The notes beneath the pieces are model-generated. The model was not told where the DNA came from and ran no database searches. It worked only from the letters and a program-made list of their open reading frames with translations. From positions 24,738,001-24,802,000 of the forward strand of contig OZ059900.1 of assembly GCA_964057225.1 (NCBI GenBank): a stretch of DNA of 64,000 bases, written 5' to 3'. The stretch comes from Auanema rhodensis (lineage: Eukaryota > Animalia > Nematoda). Positions 38,320 to 53,389 of this stretch are shown here, piece after piece. Positions within the stretch are counted from its first letter, which is position 1; every line of letters starts with the position of its first letter. The translations under genes and the position numbers were made by a program.

Positions 38320-40375
38320 AATGGGAAATACTGTGTTTTTGTATTTTTCTAGTGTTCAGCATGTAAAATACTTCATTTTAGTATGTAACACGCTGAAATT
38401 CGTTGCATTTGACGACTCATATGAACAAAAATCGATTTAATCAATATTAGCCATAAGGGGCGGGGCGTGCCCTCAGAATATGCTAATTTCCTTAATTTTC
38501 TAACCCCTGTTTTTTTGTCGTGAAAGTGGAACTAGACGTTGTACGAACAATTTTGAGCTAGGTTTCATTGACATTGCATGAGTTTGAACACATGAAATCG
38601 TAAGTCAAAACCTTGTTTACAGCGAAATTTCCAAAAACTGGTTTTCCAGCATAATAAAATATTTCTCATGAGAAATACTGTGTTTTTGTATTTTTCTAGT
38701 GTTTAGCATGTAAAATGCTTCATTTTAGTATGTAACACGCTGAAATTCGTTGCATTTGACGACTCATATGAACAAAAATCGATTTAATCAATATTAGCCA
38801 TAAGGGGCGTGCCCTCAGAATATGCTAATTTCCTTAATTTTCTAACCCCTGTTTTTTTGTCGTGAAAGTGGAACTAGACGTTGTACAAACAATTTTGAGC
38901 TAGGTTTCATTGACATTGCATGAGTTTGAACACATGAAATCGTAAGTCAAAACCTTGTTTACAGCGAAATTTCCAAAAACTGGTTTTCCAGCATAATAAA
39001 ATATTTCTCATGAGAAATACTGTGTTTTTGTATTTTTCTAGTGTTCAGCATGTAAAATGCTTCATTTTAGTATGTAACACGCTGAAATTCGTTGCATTTG
39101 ACGACTCATATGAACAAAAATCGATTTAATCAATATTAGCCATAAGGGGCGTGCCCTCAGAATATGCTAATTTCCTTAATATTCTAACCCCAGTTTTTTT
39201 GTCGTGAAAGTGGAACTAGACGTTGTACAAACAATTTTGAGCTAGGTTTCATTGACATTGCATGAGTTTGAACACATGAAATCGTAAGTCAAAACCTTGT
39301 TTACAGCGAAATTTCCAAAAACTGGTTTTCCAGCATAATAAAATATTTCTCATGAGAAATACTGTGTTTTTGTATTTTTCTAGTGTTCAGCATGTAGAAT
39401 ACTTCATTTAAGTATGTAACACGCTGAAATTCGTTGCATTTGACGACTCATATGAACAAAAATCGATTTAATCAATATTAGCCATAAGGGGCGTGCCCTC
39501 AGAATATGCTAATTTCCTTAATTTTCTAACCCCTGTTTTTTGTCGTGAAAGTGGAACTAGACGTTGTAGGAACAATTTTGAGCTAGGTTTCATTGACATT
39601 GCATGAGTTTGAACACATGAAATCGTAAGTCAAAACCTTGTTTACAGCGAAATTTCCAAAAACTGGTTTTCCAGCATAATAAAATATTTCTCATGAGAAA
39701 TACTGTGTTTTTGTATTTTTCTAGTGTTCAGCATGTAAAATGCTTCATTTTAGTATGTAACACGCTGAAATTCGTTGCATTTGACGACTCATATGAACAA
39801 AAATCGATTTAATCAATATTAGCCATAAGGGGCGTGCCCTCAGGATATGCTAATTTCCTAAATTTTCTAACCCCTGTTTTTTTGTCGTGAAAGTGGAACT
39901 AGACGTTGTACAAACAATTTTGAGCTAGGTTTCATTGACATTGCATGAGTTTGAACACATGAAATCGTAAGTCAAAACCTTGTTTACAGCGAAATTTCCA
40001 AAAACTGGTTTTCCAGCATAATAAAATATTTCTCATGGGAAATACTGTGTTTTTGTATTTTTCTAGTGTTCAGCATGTAAAATACTTCATTTTAGTATGT
40101 AACACGCTGAAATTCGTTGCATTTGACGACTCATATGAACAAAAATCGATTTAATCAATATTAGCCATAAGGGGCTTGCCCTCAGAATATGCTAATTTCC
40201 TAAATTTTCTAACCCCTGTTTTTTTGTCGTGAAAGTGGAACTAGACGTTGTACAAACAATTTTGAGCTAGGTTTCATTGACATTGCATGAGTTTGAACAC
40301 ATGAAATCGTAAGTCAAAACCTTGTTTACAGCGAAATTTCCAAAAACTGGTTTTCCAGCATAATAAAATATTTCT

Positions 40376-43300
40376 CATGAGAAATACTGTGTTTTTGTAT
40401 TTTTCTAGTGTTCAGCATGTAAAATGCTTCATTTTAGTATGTAACACGCTGAAATTCGTTGCATTTGACGACTCATATGAACAAAAATCGATTTAATCAA
40501 TATTAGCCATAAGGGGCGTGCCCTCAGAATATGCTAATTTCCTTAATTTTCTAACCCCTGTTTTTTGTCGTGAAAGTGGAACTAGACGTTGTAGGAACAA
40601 TTTTGAGCTAGGTTTCATTGACATTGCATGAGTTTGAACACATGAAATCGTAAGTCAAAACCTTGTTTACAGCGAAATTTCCAAAAACTGGTTTTCCAGC
40701 ATAATAAAATATTTCTCATGGGAAATACTGTGTTTTTGTATTTTTCTAGTGTTCAGCATGTAAAATACTTCATTTAAGTATGTAATACGCTGAAATTCGT
40801 TGCATTTGACGACTCATATGAACAAAAATCGATTTAATCAATATTAGCCATAAGGGGCGTGCCCTCAGAATATGCTAATTTCCTAAATTTTCTAACCCCT
40901 GTTTTTTTGTCGTGAAAGTGGAACTAGACGTTGTACAAACAATTCTGAGCTAGGTTTCATTGACATTGCATGAGTTTGAACACATGAAATCGTAAGTCAA
41001 AACCTTGTTTACAGCGAAATTTCCAAAAACTGGTTTTCCAGCATACTAAAATATTTCTCATGAGAAATACTGTGTTTTTGTATTTTTCTAGTGTTCAGCA
41101 TGTAAAATGCTTCATTTTAGTATGTAACACGCTGAAATTCGTTGCATTTGACTACTCATATGAACAAAAATCGATTTAATCAATATTAGCCATAAGGGGC
41201 GTGCCCTCAGAATATGCTAATTTCCTTAATTTTCTAACCCCTGTTTTTTTGTCGTGAAAGTGGAACTAGACATTGTACAAACAATTTTGAGCTAGGTTTC
41301 ATTGACATTGCATGAGTTTGAACACATGAAATCGTAAGTCAAAACCTTGTTTACAGCGAAATTTCCAAAAACTGGTTTTCCAGCATAATAAAATATTTCT
41401 CATGGGAAATACTGTGTTTTTGTATTTTTCTAGTGTTCAGCATGTAAAGTGCTTCATTTTAGTTTGTAACACGCTGAAATTCGTTGCATTTGACGACTCA
41501 TATGAACAAAAATCGATTTAATCAATATTAGCCATAAGGGGCGTGCCCTCAGAATATGCTATTTTCCTTAATTTTCTAACCCCTGTTTTTTTGTCGTGAA
41601 AGTGGAACTAGACGTTGTACAAACAATTCTGAGCTAGGTTTCATTGACATTGCATGAGTTTGAACACATGAAATCGTAAGTCTAAACCTTGTTTACAGCG
41701 AAATTTCCAAAAACTGGTTTTCCAGCAAAATAAAATATTTCTCATGGGAAATACTGTGTTTTTGTATTTTTCTAGTGTTCAGCATGTAAAATGCTTCATT
41801 TTAGTATGTAACACGCTGAAATTCGTTGCATTTGACTACTCATATGAACAAAAATCGATTTAATCAATATTAGCCATAAGGGGCGTGCCCTCAGAATATG
41901 CTAATTTCCTTAATTTTCTAACCCCTGTTTTTTAGTCGTGAAAGTGGAACTAGACGTTGTACAAACAATTTTGAGCTAGGTTTCATTGACATTGCATGAG
42001 TTTGAACACATGAAATCGTAAGTCAAAACCTTGTTTACAGCGAAATTTCCAAAAACTGGTTTTCCAGCATAATAAAATATTTCTCATGGGAAATACTGTG
42101 TTTTTGTATTTTTTTAGTGTTCAGCATGTAAAATGCTTCTTTTTAGTATGTAACACGCTGAAATTCGTTGCATTTGACGACTCATATGAACAAAAATCGA
42201 TTTAATCAATATTAGCCATAAGGGGCGTGCCCTCAGAATATGCTAATTTCCTTAATTTTCTAACCCCTGTTTTTTTGTCGTGAAAGTGGAATTAGACGTT
42301 GTAGGAACAATTTTGAGCTAGGTTTCATTGACATTGCATGAGTTTGAACACATGAAATCGTAAGTCAAAACCTTGTTTACAGCGAAATTTCCAAAAACTG
42401 GTTTTCCAGCATAATAAAATATTTCTCATGGGAAATACTGTGTTTTTGTATTTTTCTAGTGTTCAGCAAGTAAAATGCTTCATTTTAGTATGTAACACGC
42501 TGAAATTCGTTGCATTTGACGACTCATATGAACAAAAATCGATTTAATCAATATTAGCCATAAGGGGCGTGCCCTCAGAATATGCTAATTTTCTTAATTT
42601 TCTAACCCCTGTTTTTTTGTCGTGAAAGTGGAACTAGACGTTGTACGAACAATTTTGAGCTAGGTTTCATTGACATTGCATGAGTTTGAACACATGAAAT
42701 CGTAAGTCAAAACCTTGTTTACAGCGAAATTTCCAAAAACTGGTTTTCCAGCATAATAAAATATTTCTCATGGGAAATACTGTGTTTTTGTATTTTTCTA
42801 GTGTTCAGCATGTAAAATACTTCATTTTAGTATGTAACACGCTGAAATTCGTTGCATTTGACGACTCATATGAACAAAAATCGATTTAATCAATATTAGC
42901 CATAAGGGGCGTGCCCTCAGAATATGCTAATTTCCTAAATTTTCTAACCCCTGTTTTTTTGTCGTGAAAGTGGAACTAGACGTTGTACGAACAATTTTGA
43001 GCTAGGTTTCATTGACATTGCATGAGTTTGAACACATGAAATCGTAAGTCAAAACCTTGTTTACAGCGATATTTCCAAAAACTGGTTTTCCAGCATAATA
43101 AAATATTTCTCATGGGAAATACTGTGTTTTTGTATTTTTCTAGTGTTCAGCATGTAAAATACTTCATTTTAGTATGTAACACGCTGAAATTCGTTGCATT
43201 TGACGACTCATATGAACAAAAATCGATTTAATCAATATTAGCCATAAGGGGCGGGGCGTGCCCTCAGAATATGCTAATTTCCTTAATTTTCTAACCCCTG

Positions 43301-46300
43301 TTTTTTTGTCGTGAAAGTGGAACTAGACGTTGTACGAACAATTTTGAGCTAGGTTTCATTGACATTGCATGAGTTTGAACACATGAAATCGTAAGTCAAA
43401 ACCTTGTTTACAGCGAAATTTCCAAAAACTGGTTTTCCAGCATAATAAAATATTTCTCATGGGAAATACTGTGTTTTTGTATTTTTCTAGTGTTCAGCAT
43501 GTAAAATGCTTCATTTTAGTATGTAACACGCTGATATTCGTTGCATTTGACGACTCATATGAACAAAAATCGATTTAATCAATATTAGCCATAAAGGGCG
43601 TGCCCTCAGAATATGCTAATTTCCTTAATTTTCTAACCCCTGTTTTTTTGTCGTGAAAGTGGAACTAGACGTTGTACAAACAATTTTGAGCTAGGTTTCA
43701 TTGACATTGCATGAGTTTGAACACATGAAATCGTAAGTCAAAACCTTGTTTACAGCGAAATTTCCAAAAACTGGTTTTCCAGCATAATAAAATATTTCTC
43801 ATGGGAAATACTGTGTTTTTGTATTTTTCTAGTGTTCAGCATGTAAAATGCTTCATTTTAGTATGTAACACGCTGAAATTCGTTGCATTTGACTACTCAT
43901 ATGAACAAAAATCGATTTAATCAATATTAGCCATAAGGGGCGTGCCCTCAGAATATGCTAATTTCCTTAATTTTCTAACCCCTGTTTTTTTGTCGTGAAA
44001 GTGGAACTAGACGTTGTACAAACAATTTTGAGCTAGGTTTCATTGACATTGCATGAGTTTGAACACATGAAATCGTAAGTCAAAACCTTGTTTACAGCGA
44101 AATTTCCAAAAACTGGTTTTCCAGCATAATAAAATATTTCTCATGGGAAATACTGTGTTTTTGTATTTTTCTAGTGTTCAGCATGTAAAGTGCTTCATTT
44201 TAGTTTGTAACACGCTGAAATTCGTTGCATTTGACGACTCATATGAACAAAAATCGATTTAATCAATATTAGCCATAAGGGGCGTGCCCTCAGAATATGC
44301 TATTTTCCTTAATTTTCTAACCCCTGTTTTTTTGTCGTGAAAGTGGAACTAGACGTTGTACAAACAATTCTGAGCTAGGTTTCATTGACATTGCATGAGT
44401 TTGAACACATGAAATCGTAAGTCTAAACCTTGTTTACAGCGAAATTTCCAAAAACTGGTTTTCCAGCAAAATAAAATATTTCTCATGGGAAATACTGTGT
44501 TTTTGTATTTTTCTAGTGTTCAGCATGTAAAATGCTTCATTTTAGTATGTAACACGCTGAAATTCGTTGCATTTGACTACTCATATGAACAAAAATCGAT
44601 TTAATCAATATTAGCCATAAGGGGCGTGCCCTCAGAATATGCTAATTTCCTTAATTTTCTAACCCCTGTTTTTTTGTCGTGAAAGTGGAACTAGACGTTG
44701 TACAAACAATTTTGAGCTAGGTTTCATTGACATTGCATGAGTTTGAACACATGAAATCGTAAGTCAAAACCTTGTTTACAGCGAAATTTCCAAAAACTGG
44801 TTTTCCAGCATAATAAAATATTTCTCATGGGAAATACTGTGTTTTTGTATTTTTCTAGTGTTCAGCATGTAAAATGCTTCATTTTAGTATGTAACACGCT
44901 GAAATTCGTTGCATTTGACGACTCATATGAACAAAAATCGATTTAATCAATATTAGCCATAAGGGGCGTGCCCTCAGAATATGCTAATTTCCTTAATTTT
45001 CTAACCCCTGTTTTTTGTCGTGAAAGTGGAACTAGACGTTGTAGGAACAATTTTGAGCTAGGTTTCATTGACATTGCATGAGTTTGAACACATGAAATCG
45101 TAAGTCAAAACCTTGTTTACAGCGAAATTTCCAAAAACTGGTTTTCCAGCATAATAAAATATTTCTCATGGGAAATACTGTGTTTTTGTATTTTTCTAGT
45201 GTTCAGCATGTAAAATACTTCATTTAAGTATGTAATACGCTGAAATTCGTTGCATTTGACGACTCATATGAACAAAAATCGATTTAATCAATATTAGCCA
45301 TAAGGGGCGTGCCCTCAGAATATGCTAATTTCCTAAATTTTCTAACCCCTGTTTTTTTGTCGTGAAAGTGGAACTAGACGTTGTACAAACAATTCTGAGC
45401 TAGGTTTCATTGACATTGCATGAGTTTGAACACATGAAATCGTAAGTCAAAACCTTGTTTACAGCGAAATTTCCAAAAACTGGTTTTCCAGCATACTAAA
45501 ATATTTCTCATGAGAAATACTGTGTTTTTGTATTTTTCTAGTGTTCAGCATGTAAAATGCTTCATTTTAGTATGTAACACGCTGAAATTCGTTGCATTTG
45601 ACTACTCATATGAACAAAAATCGATTTAATCAATATTAGCCATAAGGGGCGTGCCCTCAGAATATGCTAATTTCCTTAATTTTCTAACCCCTGTTTTTTT
45701 GTCGTGAAAGTGGAACTAGACATTGTACAAACAATTTTGAGCTAGGTTTCATTGACATTGCATGAGTTTGAACACATGAAATCGTAAGTCAAAACCTTGT
45801 TTACAGCGAAATTTCCAAAAACTGGTTTTCCAGCATAATAAAATATTTCTCATGGGAAATACTGTGTTTTTGTATTTTTCTAGTGTTCAGCATGTAAAGT
45901 GCTTCATTTTAGTTTGTAACACGCTGAAATTCGTTGCATTTGACGACTCATATGAACAAAAATCGATTTAATCAATATTAGCCATAAGGGGCGTGCCCTC
46001 AGAATATGCTATTTTCCTTAATTTTCTAACCCCTGTTTTTTTGTCGTGAAAGTGGAACTAGACGTTGTACAAACAATTCTGAGCTAGGTTTCATTGACAT
46101 TGCATGAGTTTGAACACATGAAATCGTAAGTCTAAACCTTGTTTACAGCGAAATTTCCAAAAACTGGTTTTCCAGCAAAATAAAATATTTCTCATGGGAA
46201 ATACTGTGTTTTTGTATTTTTCTAGTGTTCAGCATGTAAAATGCTTCATTTTAGTATGTAACACGCTGAAATTCGTTGCATTTGACTACTCATATGAACA

Positions 46301-48933
46301 AAAATCGATTTAATCAATATTAGCCATAAGGGGCGTGCCCTCAGAATATGCTAATTTCCTTAATTTTCTAACCCCTGTTTTTTTGTCGTGAAAGTGGAAC
46401 TAGACGTTGTACAAACAATTTTGAGCTAGGTTTCATTGACATTGCATGAGTTTGAACACATGAAATCGTAAGTCAAAACCTTGTTTACAGCGAAATTTCC
46501 AAAAACTGGTTTTCCAGCATAATAAAATATTTCTCATGGGAAATACTGTGTTTTTGTATTTTTTTAGTGTTCAGCATGTAAAATGCTTCTTTTTAGTATG
46601 TAACACGCTGAAATTCGTTGCATTTGACGACTCATATGAACAAAAATCGATTTAATCAATATTAGCCATAAGGGGCGTGCCCTCAGAATATGCTAATTTC
46701 CTTAATTTTCTAACCCCTGTTTTTTTGTCGTGAAAGTGGAATTAGACGTTGTAGGAACAATTTTGAGCTAGGTTTCATTGACATTGCATGAGTTTGAACA
46801 CATGAAATCGTAAGTCAAAACCTTGTTTACAGCGAAATTTCCAAAAACTGGTTTTCCAGCATAATAAAATATTTCTCATGGGAAATACTGTGTTTTTGTA
46901 TTTTTCTAGTGTTCAGCAAGTAAAATGCTTCATTTTAGTATGTAACACGCTGAAATTCGTTGCATTTGACGACTCATATGAACAAAAATCGATTTAATCA
47001 ATATTAGCCATAAGGGGCGTGCCCTCAGAATATGCTAATTTTCTTAATTTTCTAACCCCTGTTTTTTTGTCGTGAAAGTGGAACTAGACGTTGTACGAAC
47101 AATTTTGAGCTAGGTTTCATTGACATTGCATGAGTTTGAACACATGAAATCGTAAGTCAAAACCTTGTTTACAGCGAAATTTCCAAAAACTGGTTTTCCA
47201 GCATAATAAAATATTTCTCATGGGAAATACTGTGTTTTTGTATTTTTCTAGTGTTCAGCATGTAAAATACTTCATTTTAGTATGTAACACGCTGAAATTC
47301 GTTGCATTTGACGACTCATATGAACAAAAATCGATTTAATCAATATTAGCCATAAGGGGCGTGCCCTCAGAATATGCTAATTTCCTAAATTTTCTAACCC
47401 CTGTTTTTTTGTCGTGAAAGTGGAACTAGACGTTGTACGAACAATTTTGAGCTAGGTTTCATTGACATTGCATGAGTTTGAACACATGAAATCGTAAGTC
47501 AAAACCTTGTTTACAGCGATATTTCCAAAAACTGGTTTTCCAGCATAATAAAATATTTCTCATGGGAAATACTGTGTTTTTGTATTTTTCTAGTGTTCAG
47601 CATGTAAAATACTTCATTTTAGTATGTAACACGCTGAAATTCGTTGCATTTGACGACTCATATGAACAAAAATCGATTTAATCAATATTAGCCATAAGGG
47701 GCGGGGCGTGCCCTCAGAATATGCTAATTTCCTTAATTTTCTAACCCCTGTTTTTTTGTCGTGAAAGTGGAACTAGACGTTGTACGAACAATTTTGAGCT
47801 AGGTTTCATTGACATTGCATGAGTTTGAACACATGAAATCGTAAGTCAAAACCTTGTTTACAGCGAAATTTCCAAAAACTGGTTTTCCAGCATAATAAAA
47901 TATTTCTCATGGGAAATACTGTGTTTTTGTATTTTTCTAGTGTTCAGCATGTAAAATGCTTCATTTTAGTATGTAACACGCTGATATTCGTTGCATTTGA
48001 CGACTCATATGAACAAAAATCGATTTAATCAATATTAGCCATAAAGGGCGTGCCCTCAGAATATGCTAATTTCCTTAATTTTCTAACCCCTGTTTTTTTG
48101 TCGTGAAAGTGGAACTAGACGTTGTACAAACAATTTTGAGCTAGGTTTCATTGACATTGCATGAGTTTGAACACATGAAATCGTAAGTCAAAACCTTGTT
48201 TACAGCGAAATTTCCAAAAACTGGTTTTCCAGCATAATAAAATATTTCTCATGGGAAATACTGTGTTTTTGTATTTTTCTAGTGTTCAGCATGTAAAATG
48301 CTTCATTTTAGTATGTAACACGCTGAAATTCGTTGCATTTGACTACTCATATGAACAAAAATCGATTTAATCAATATTAGCCATAAGGGGCGTGCCCTCA
48401 GAATATGCTAATTTCCTTAATTTTCTAACCCCTGTTTTTTTGTCGTGAAAGTGGAACTAGACGTTGTACAAACAATTTTGAGCTAGGTTTCATTGACATT
48501 GCATGAGTTTGAACACATGAAATCGTAAGTCAAAACCTTGTTTACAGCGAAATTTCCAAAAACTGGTTTTCCAGCATAATAAAATATTTCTCATGGGAAA
48601 TACTGTGTTTTTGTATTTTTCTAGTGTTCAGCATGTAAAGTGCTTCATTTTAGTTTGTAACACGCTGAAATTCGTTGCATTTGACGACTCATATGAACAA
48701 AAATCGATTTAATCAATATTAGCCATAAGGGGCGTGCCCTCAGAATATGCTATTTTCCTTAATTTTCTAACCCCTGTTTTTTTGTCGTGAAAGTGGAACT
48801 AGACGTTGTACAAACAATTCTGAGCTAGGTTTCATTGACATTGCATGAGTTTGAACACATGAAATCGTAAGTCTAAACCTTGTTTACAGCGAAATTTCCA
48901 AAAACTGGTTTTCCAGCAAAATAAAATATTTCT
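40376..48933 (+). repeat. 13-monomer (4450-bp period) higher-order duplication
   Basis: TGTAATACG+CATACTAA monomers start at 40717 and 45167. GC-box duplications are at 43248 and 47698. The 341-bp monomers start at 40376 and 44826. Confidence 0.9.
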
Positions 48934-51900
48934 CATGGGAAATACTGTGTTTTTGTATTTTTCTAGTGTTCAGCATGTAAAATGCTTCATTTTAGTATGT
49001 AACACGCTGATATTCGTTGCATTTGACGACTCATATGAACAAAAATCGATTTAATCAATATTAGCCATAAGGGGCGTGCCGTCAGAATATGCTAATTTCC
49101 TTAATTTTCTAACCCCTGTTTTTTTGTCGTGAAAGTGGAATTAGACGTTGTAGGAACAATTTTGAGCTAGGTTTCATTGACATTGCATGAGTTTGAACAC
49201 ATGAAATCGTAAGTCAAAACCTTGTTTACAGCGAAATTTCCAAAAACTGGTTTTCCAGCATAATAAAATATTTCTCATGGGAAATACTGTGTTTTTGTAT
49301 TTTTCTAGTGTTCAGCAAGTAAAATGCTTCATTTTAGTATGTAACACGCTGAAATTCGTTGCATTTGACGACTCATATGAACAAAAATCGATTTAATCAA
49401 TATTAGCCATAAGGGGCGTGCCCTCAGAATATGCTAATTTTCTTAATTTTCTAACCCCTGTTTTTTTGTCGTGAAAGTGGAACTAGACGTTGTACGAACA
49501 ATTTTGAGCTAGGTTTCATTGACATTGCATGAGTTTGAACACATGAAATCGTAAGTCAAAACCTTGTTTACAGCGAAATTTCCAAAAACTGGTTTTCCAG
49601 CATAATAAAATATTTCTCATGGGAAATACTGTGTTTTTGTATTTTTCTAGTGTTCAGCATGTAAAATACTTCATTTTAGTATGTAACACGCTGAAATTCG
49701 TTGCATTTGACGACTCATATGAACAAAAATCGATTTAATCAATATTAGCCATAAGGGGCGTGCCCTCAGAATATGCTAATTTCCTAAATTTTCTAACCCC
49801 TGTTTTTTTGTCGTGAAAGTGGAACTAGACGTTGTACGAACAATTTTGAGCTAGGTTTCATTGACATTGCATGAGTTTGAACACATGAAATCGTAAGTCA
49901 AAACCTTGTTTACAGCGATATTTCCAAAAACTGGTTTTCCAGCATAATAAAATATTTCTCATGGGAAATACTGTGTTTTTGTATTTTTCTAGTGTTCAGC
50001 ATGTAAAATACTTCATTTTAGTATGTAACACGCTGAAATTCGTTGCATTTGACGACTCATATGAACAAAAATCGATTTAATCAATATTAGCCATAAGGGG
50101 CGGGGCGTGCCCTCAGAATATGCTAATTTCCTTAATTTTCTAACCCCTGTTTTTTTGTCGTGAAAGTGGAACTAGACGTTGTACGAACAATTTTGAGCTA
50201 GGTTTCATTGACATTGCATGAGTTTGAACACATGAAATCGTAAGTCAAAACCTTGTTTACAGCGAAATTTCCAAAAACTGGTTTTCCAGCATAATAAAAT
50301 ATTTCTCATGGGAAATACTGTGTTTTTGTATTTTTCTAGTGTTCAGCATGTAAAATGCTTCATTTTAGTATGTAACACGCTGATATTCGTTGCATTTGAC
50401 GACTCATATGAACAAAAATCGATTTAATCAATATTAGCCATAAAGGGCGTGCCCTCAGAATATGCTAATTTCCTTAATTTTCTAACCCCTGTTTTTTTGT
50501 CGTGAAAGTGGAACTAGACGTTGTACAAACAATTTTGAGCTAGGTTTCATTGACATTGCATGAGTTTGAACACATGAAATCGTAAGTCAAAACCTTGTTT
50601 ACAGCGAAATTTCCAAAAACTGGTTTTCCAGCATAATAAAATATTTCTCATGGGAAATACTGTGTTTTTGTATTTTTCTAGTGTTCAGCATGTAAAATGC
50701 TTCATTTTAGTATGTAACACGCTGAAATTCGTTGCATTTGACTACTCATATGAACAAAAATCGATTTAATCAATATTAGCCATAAGGGGCGTGCCCTCAG
50801 AATATGCTAATTTCCTTAATTTTCTAACCCCTGTTTTTTTGTCGTGAAAGTGGAACTAGACGTTGTACAAACAATTTTGAGCTAGGTTTCATTGACATTG
50901 CATGAGTTTGAACACATGAAATCGTAAGTCAAAACCTTGTTTACAGCGAAATTTCCAAAAACTGGTTTTCCAGCATAATAAAATATTTCTCATGGGAAAT
51001 ACTGTGTTTTTGTATTTTTCTAGTGTTCAGCATGTAAAGTGCTTCATTTTAGTTTGTAACACGCTGAAATTCGTTGCATTTGACGACTCATATGAACAAA
51101 AATCGATTTAATCAATATTAGCCATAAGGGGCGTGCCCTCAGAATATGCTATTTTCCTTAATTTTCTAACCCCTGTTTTTTTGTCGTGAAAGTGGAACTA
51201 GACGTTGTACAAACAATTCTGAGCTAGGTTTCATTGACATTGCATGAGTTTGAACACATGAAATCGTAAGTCTAAACCTTGTTTACAGCGAAATTTCCAA
51301 AAACTGGTTTTCCAGCAAAATAAAATATTTCTCATGGGAAATACTGTGTTTTTGTATTTTTCTAGTGTTCAGCATGTAAAATGCTTCATTTTAGTATGTA
51401 ACACGCTGAAATTCGTTGCATTTGACTACTCATATGAACAAAAATCGATTTAATCAATATTAGCCATAAGGGGCGTGCCCTCAGAATATGCTAATTTCCT
51501 TAATTTTCTAACCCCTGTTTTTTTGTCGTGAAAGTGGAACTAGACGTTGTACAAACAATTTTGAGCTAGGTTTCATTGACATTGCATGAGTTTGAACACA
51601 TGAAATCGTAAGTCAAAACCTTGTTTACAGCGAAATTTCCAAAAACTGGTTTTCCAGCATAATAAAATATTTCTCATGGGAAATACTGTGTTTTTGTATT
51701 TTTTTAGTGTTCAGCATGTAAAATGCTTCTTTTTAGTATGTAACACGCTGAAATTCGTTGCATTTGACGACTCATATGAACAAAAATCGATTTAATCAAT
51801 ATTAGCCATAAGGGGCGTGCCCTCAGAATATGCTAATTTTCTTAATTTTCTAACCCCTGTTTTTTTGTCGTGAAAGTGGAATTAGACGTTGTAGGAACAA

Positions 51901-53389
51901 TTTTGAGCTAGGTTTCATTGACATTGCATGAGTTTGAACACATGAAATCGTAAGTCAAAACCTTGTTTACAGCGAAATTTCCAAAAACTGGTTTTCCAGC
52001 ATAATAAAATATTTCTCATGGGAAATACTGTGTTTTTGTATTTTTCTAGTGTTCAGCATGTAAAATGCTTCATTTTAGTATGTAACACGCTGAAATTCGT
52101 TGCATTTGACGACTCATATGAACAAAAATCGATTTAATCAATATTAGCCATAAGGGGCGTGCCCTCAGAATATGCTAATTTTCTTAATTTTCTAACCCCT
52201 GTTTTTTTGTCGTGAAAGTGGAACTAGACGTTGTACGAACAATTTTGAGCTAGGTTTCATTGACATTGCATGAGTTTGAACACATGAAATCGTAAGTCAA
52301 AACCTTGTTTACAGCGAAATTTCCAAAAACTGGTTTTCCAGCATAATAAAATATTTCTCATGGGAAATACTGTGTTTTTGTATTTTTCTAGTGTTCAGCA
52401 TGTAAAATACTTCATTTTAGTATGTAACACGCTGAAATTCGTTGCATTTGACGACTCATATGAACAAAAATCGATTTAATCAATATTAGCCATAAGGGGC
52501 GTGCCCTCAGAATATGCTAATTTCCTAAATTTTCTAACCCCTGTTTTTTTGTCGTGAAAGTGGAACTAGACGTTGTACGAACAATTTTGAGCTAGGTTTC
52601 ATTGACATTGCATGAGTTTGAACACATGAAATCGTAAGTCAAAACCTTGTTTACAGCGATATTTCCAAAAACTGGTTTTCCAGCATAATAAAATATTTCT
52701 CATGGGAAATACTGTGTTTTTGTATTTTTCTAGTGTTCAGCATGTAAAATACTTCATTTTAGTATGTAACACGCTGAAATTCGTTGCATTTGACGACTCA
52801 TATGAACAAAAATCGATTTAATCAATATTAGCCATAAGGGGCGGGGCGTGCCCTCAGAATATGCTAATTTCCTTAATTTTCTAACCCCTGTTTTTTTGTC
52901 GTGAAAGTGGAACTAGACGTTGTACGAACAATTTTGAGCTAGGTTTCATTGACATTGCATGAGTTTGAACACATGAAATCGTAAGTCAAAACCTTGTTTA
53001 CAGCGAAATTTCCAAAAACTGGTTTTCCAGCATAATAAAATATTTCTCATGGGAAATACTGTGTTTTTGTATTTTTCTAGTGTTCAGCATGTAAAATGCT
53101 TCATTTTAGTATGTAACACGCTGATATTCGTTGCATTTGACGACTCATATGAACAAAAATCGATTTAATCAATATTAGCCATAAAGGGCGTGCCCTCAGA
53201 ATATGCTATTTTCCTTAATTTTCTAACCCCTGTTTTTTTGTCGTGAAAGTGGAACTAGACGTTGTACAAACAATTCTGAGCTAGGTTTCATTGACATTGC
53301 ATGAGTTTGAACACATGAAATCGTAAGTCAAAACCTTGTTTACAGCGAAATTTCCAAAAACTGGTTTTCCAGCATAATAAAATATTTCT
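46535..53389 (+). repeat. 7/8-monomer higher-order repeat copies (periods 2399 and 2741 bp)
   Basis: The order GGAATTAG+TAGGAAC, TTTTCTTAA, CCTAAA+GCGATAT, GC-box duplication, GATATTCG+TAAAGGG, GACTAC, AAAGTGC+TCTAAA recurs from 46535 and 48934 and partly from 51675. It also occurs from 42085. Confidence 0.85.
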
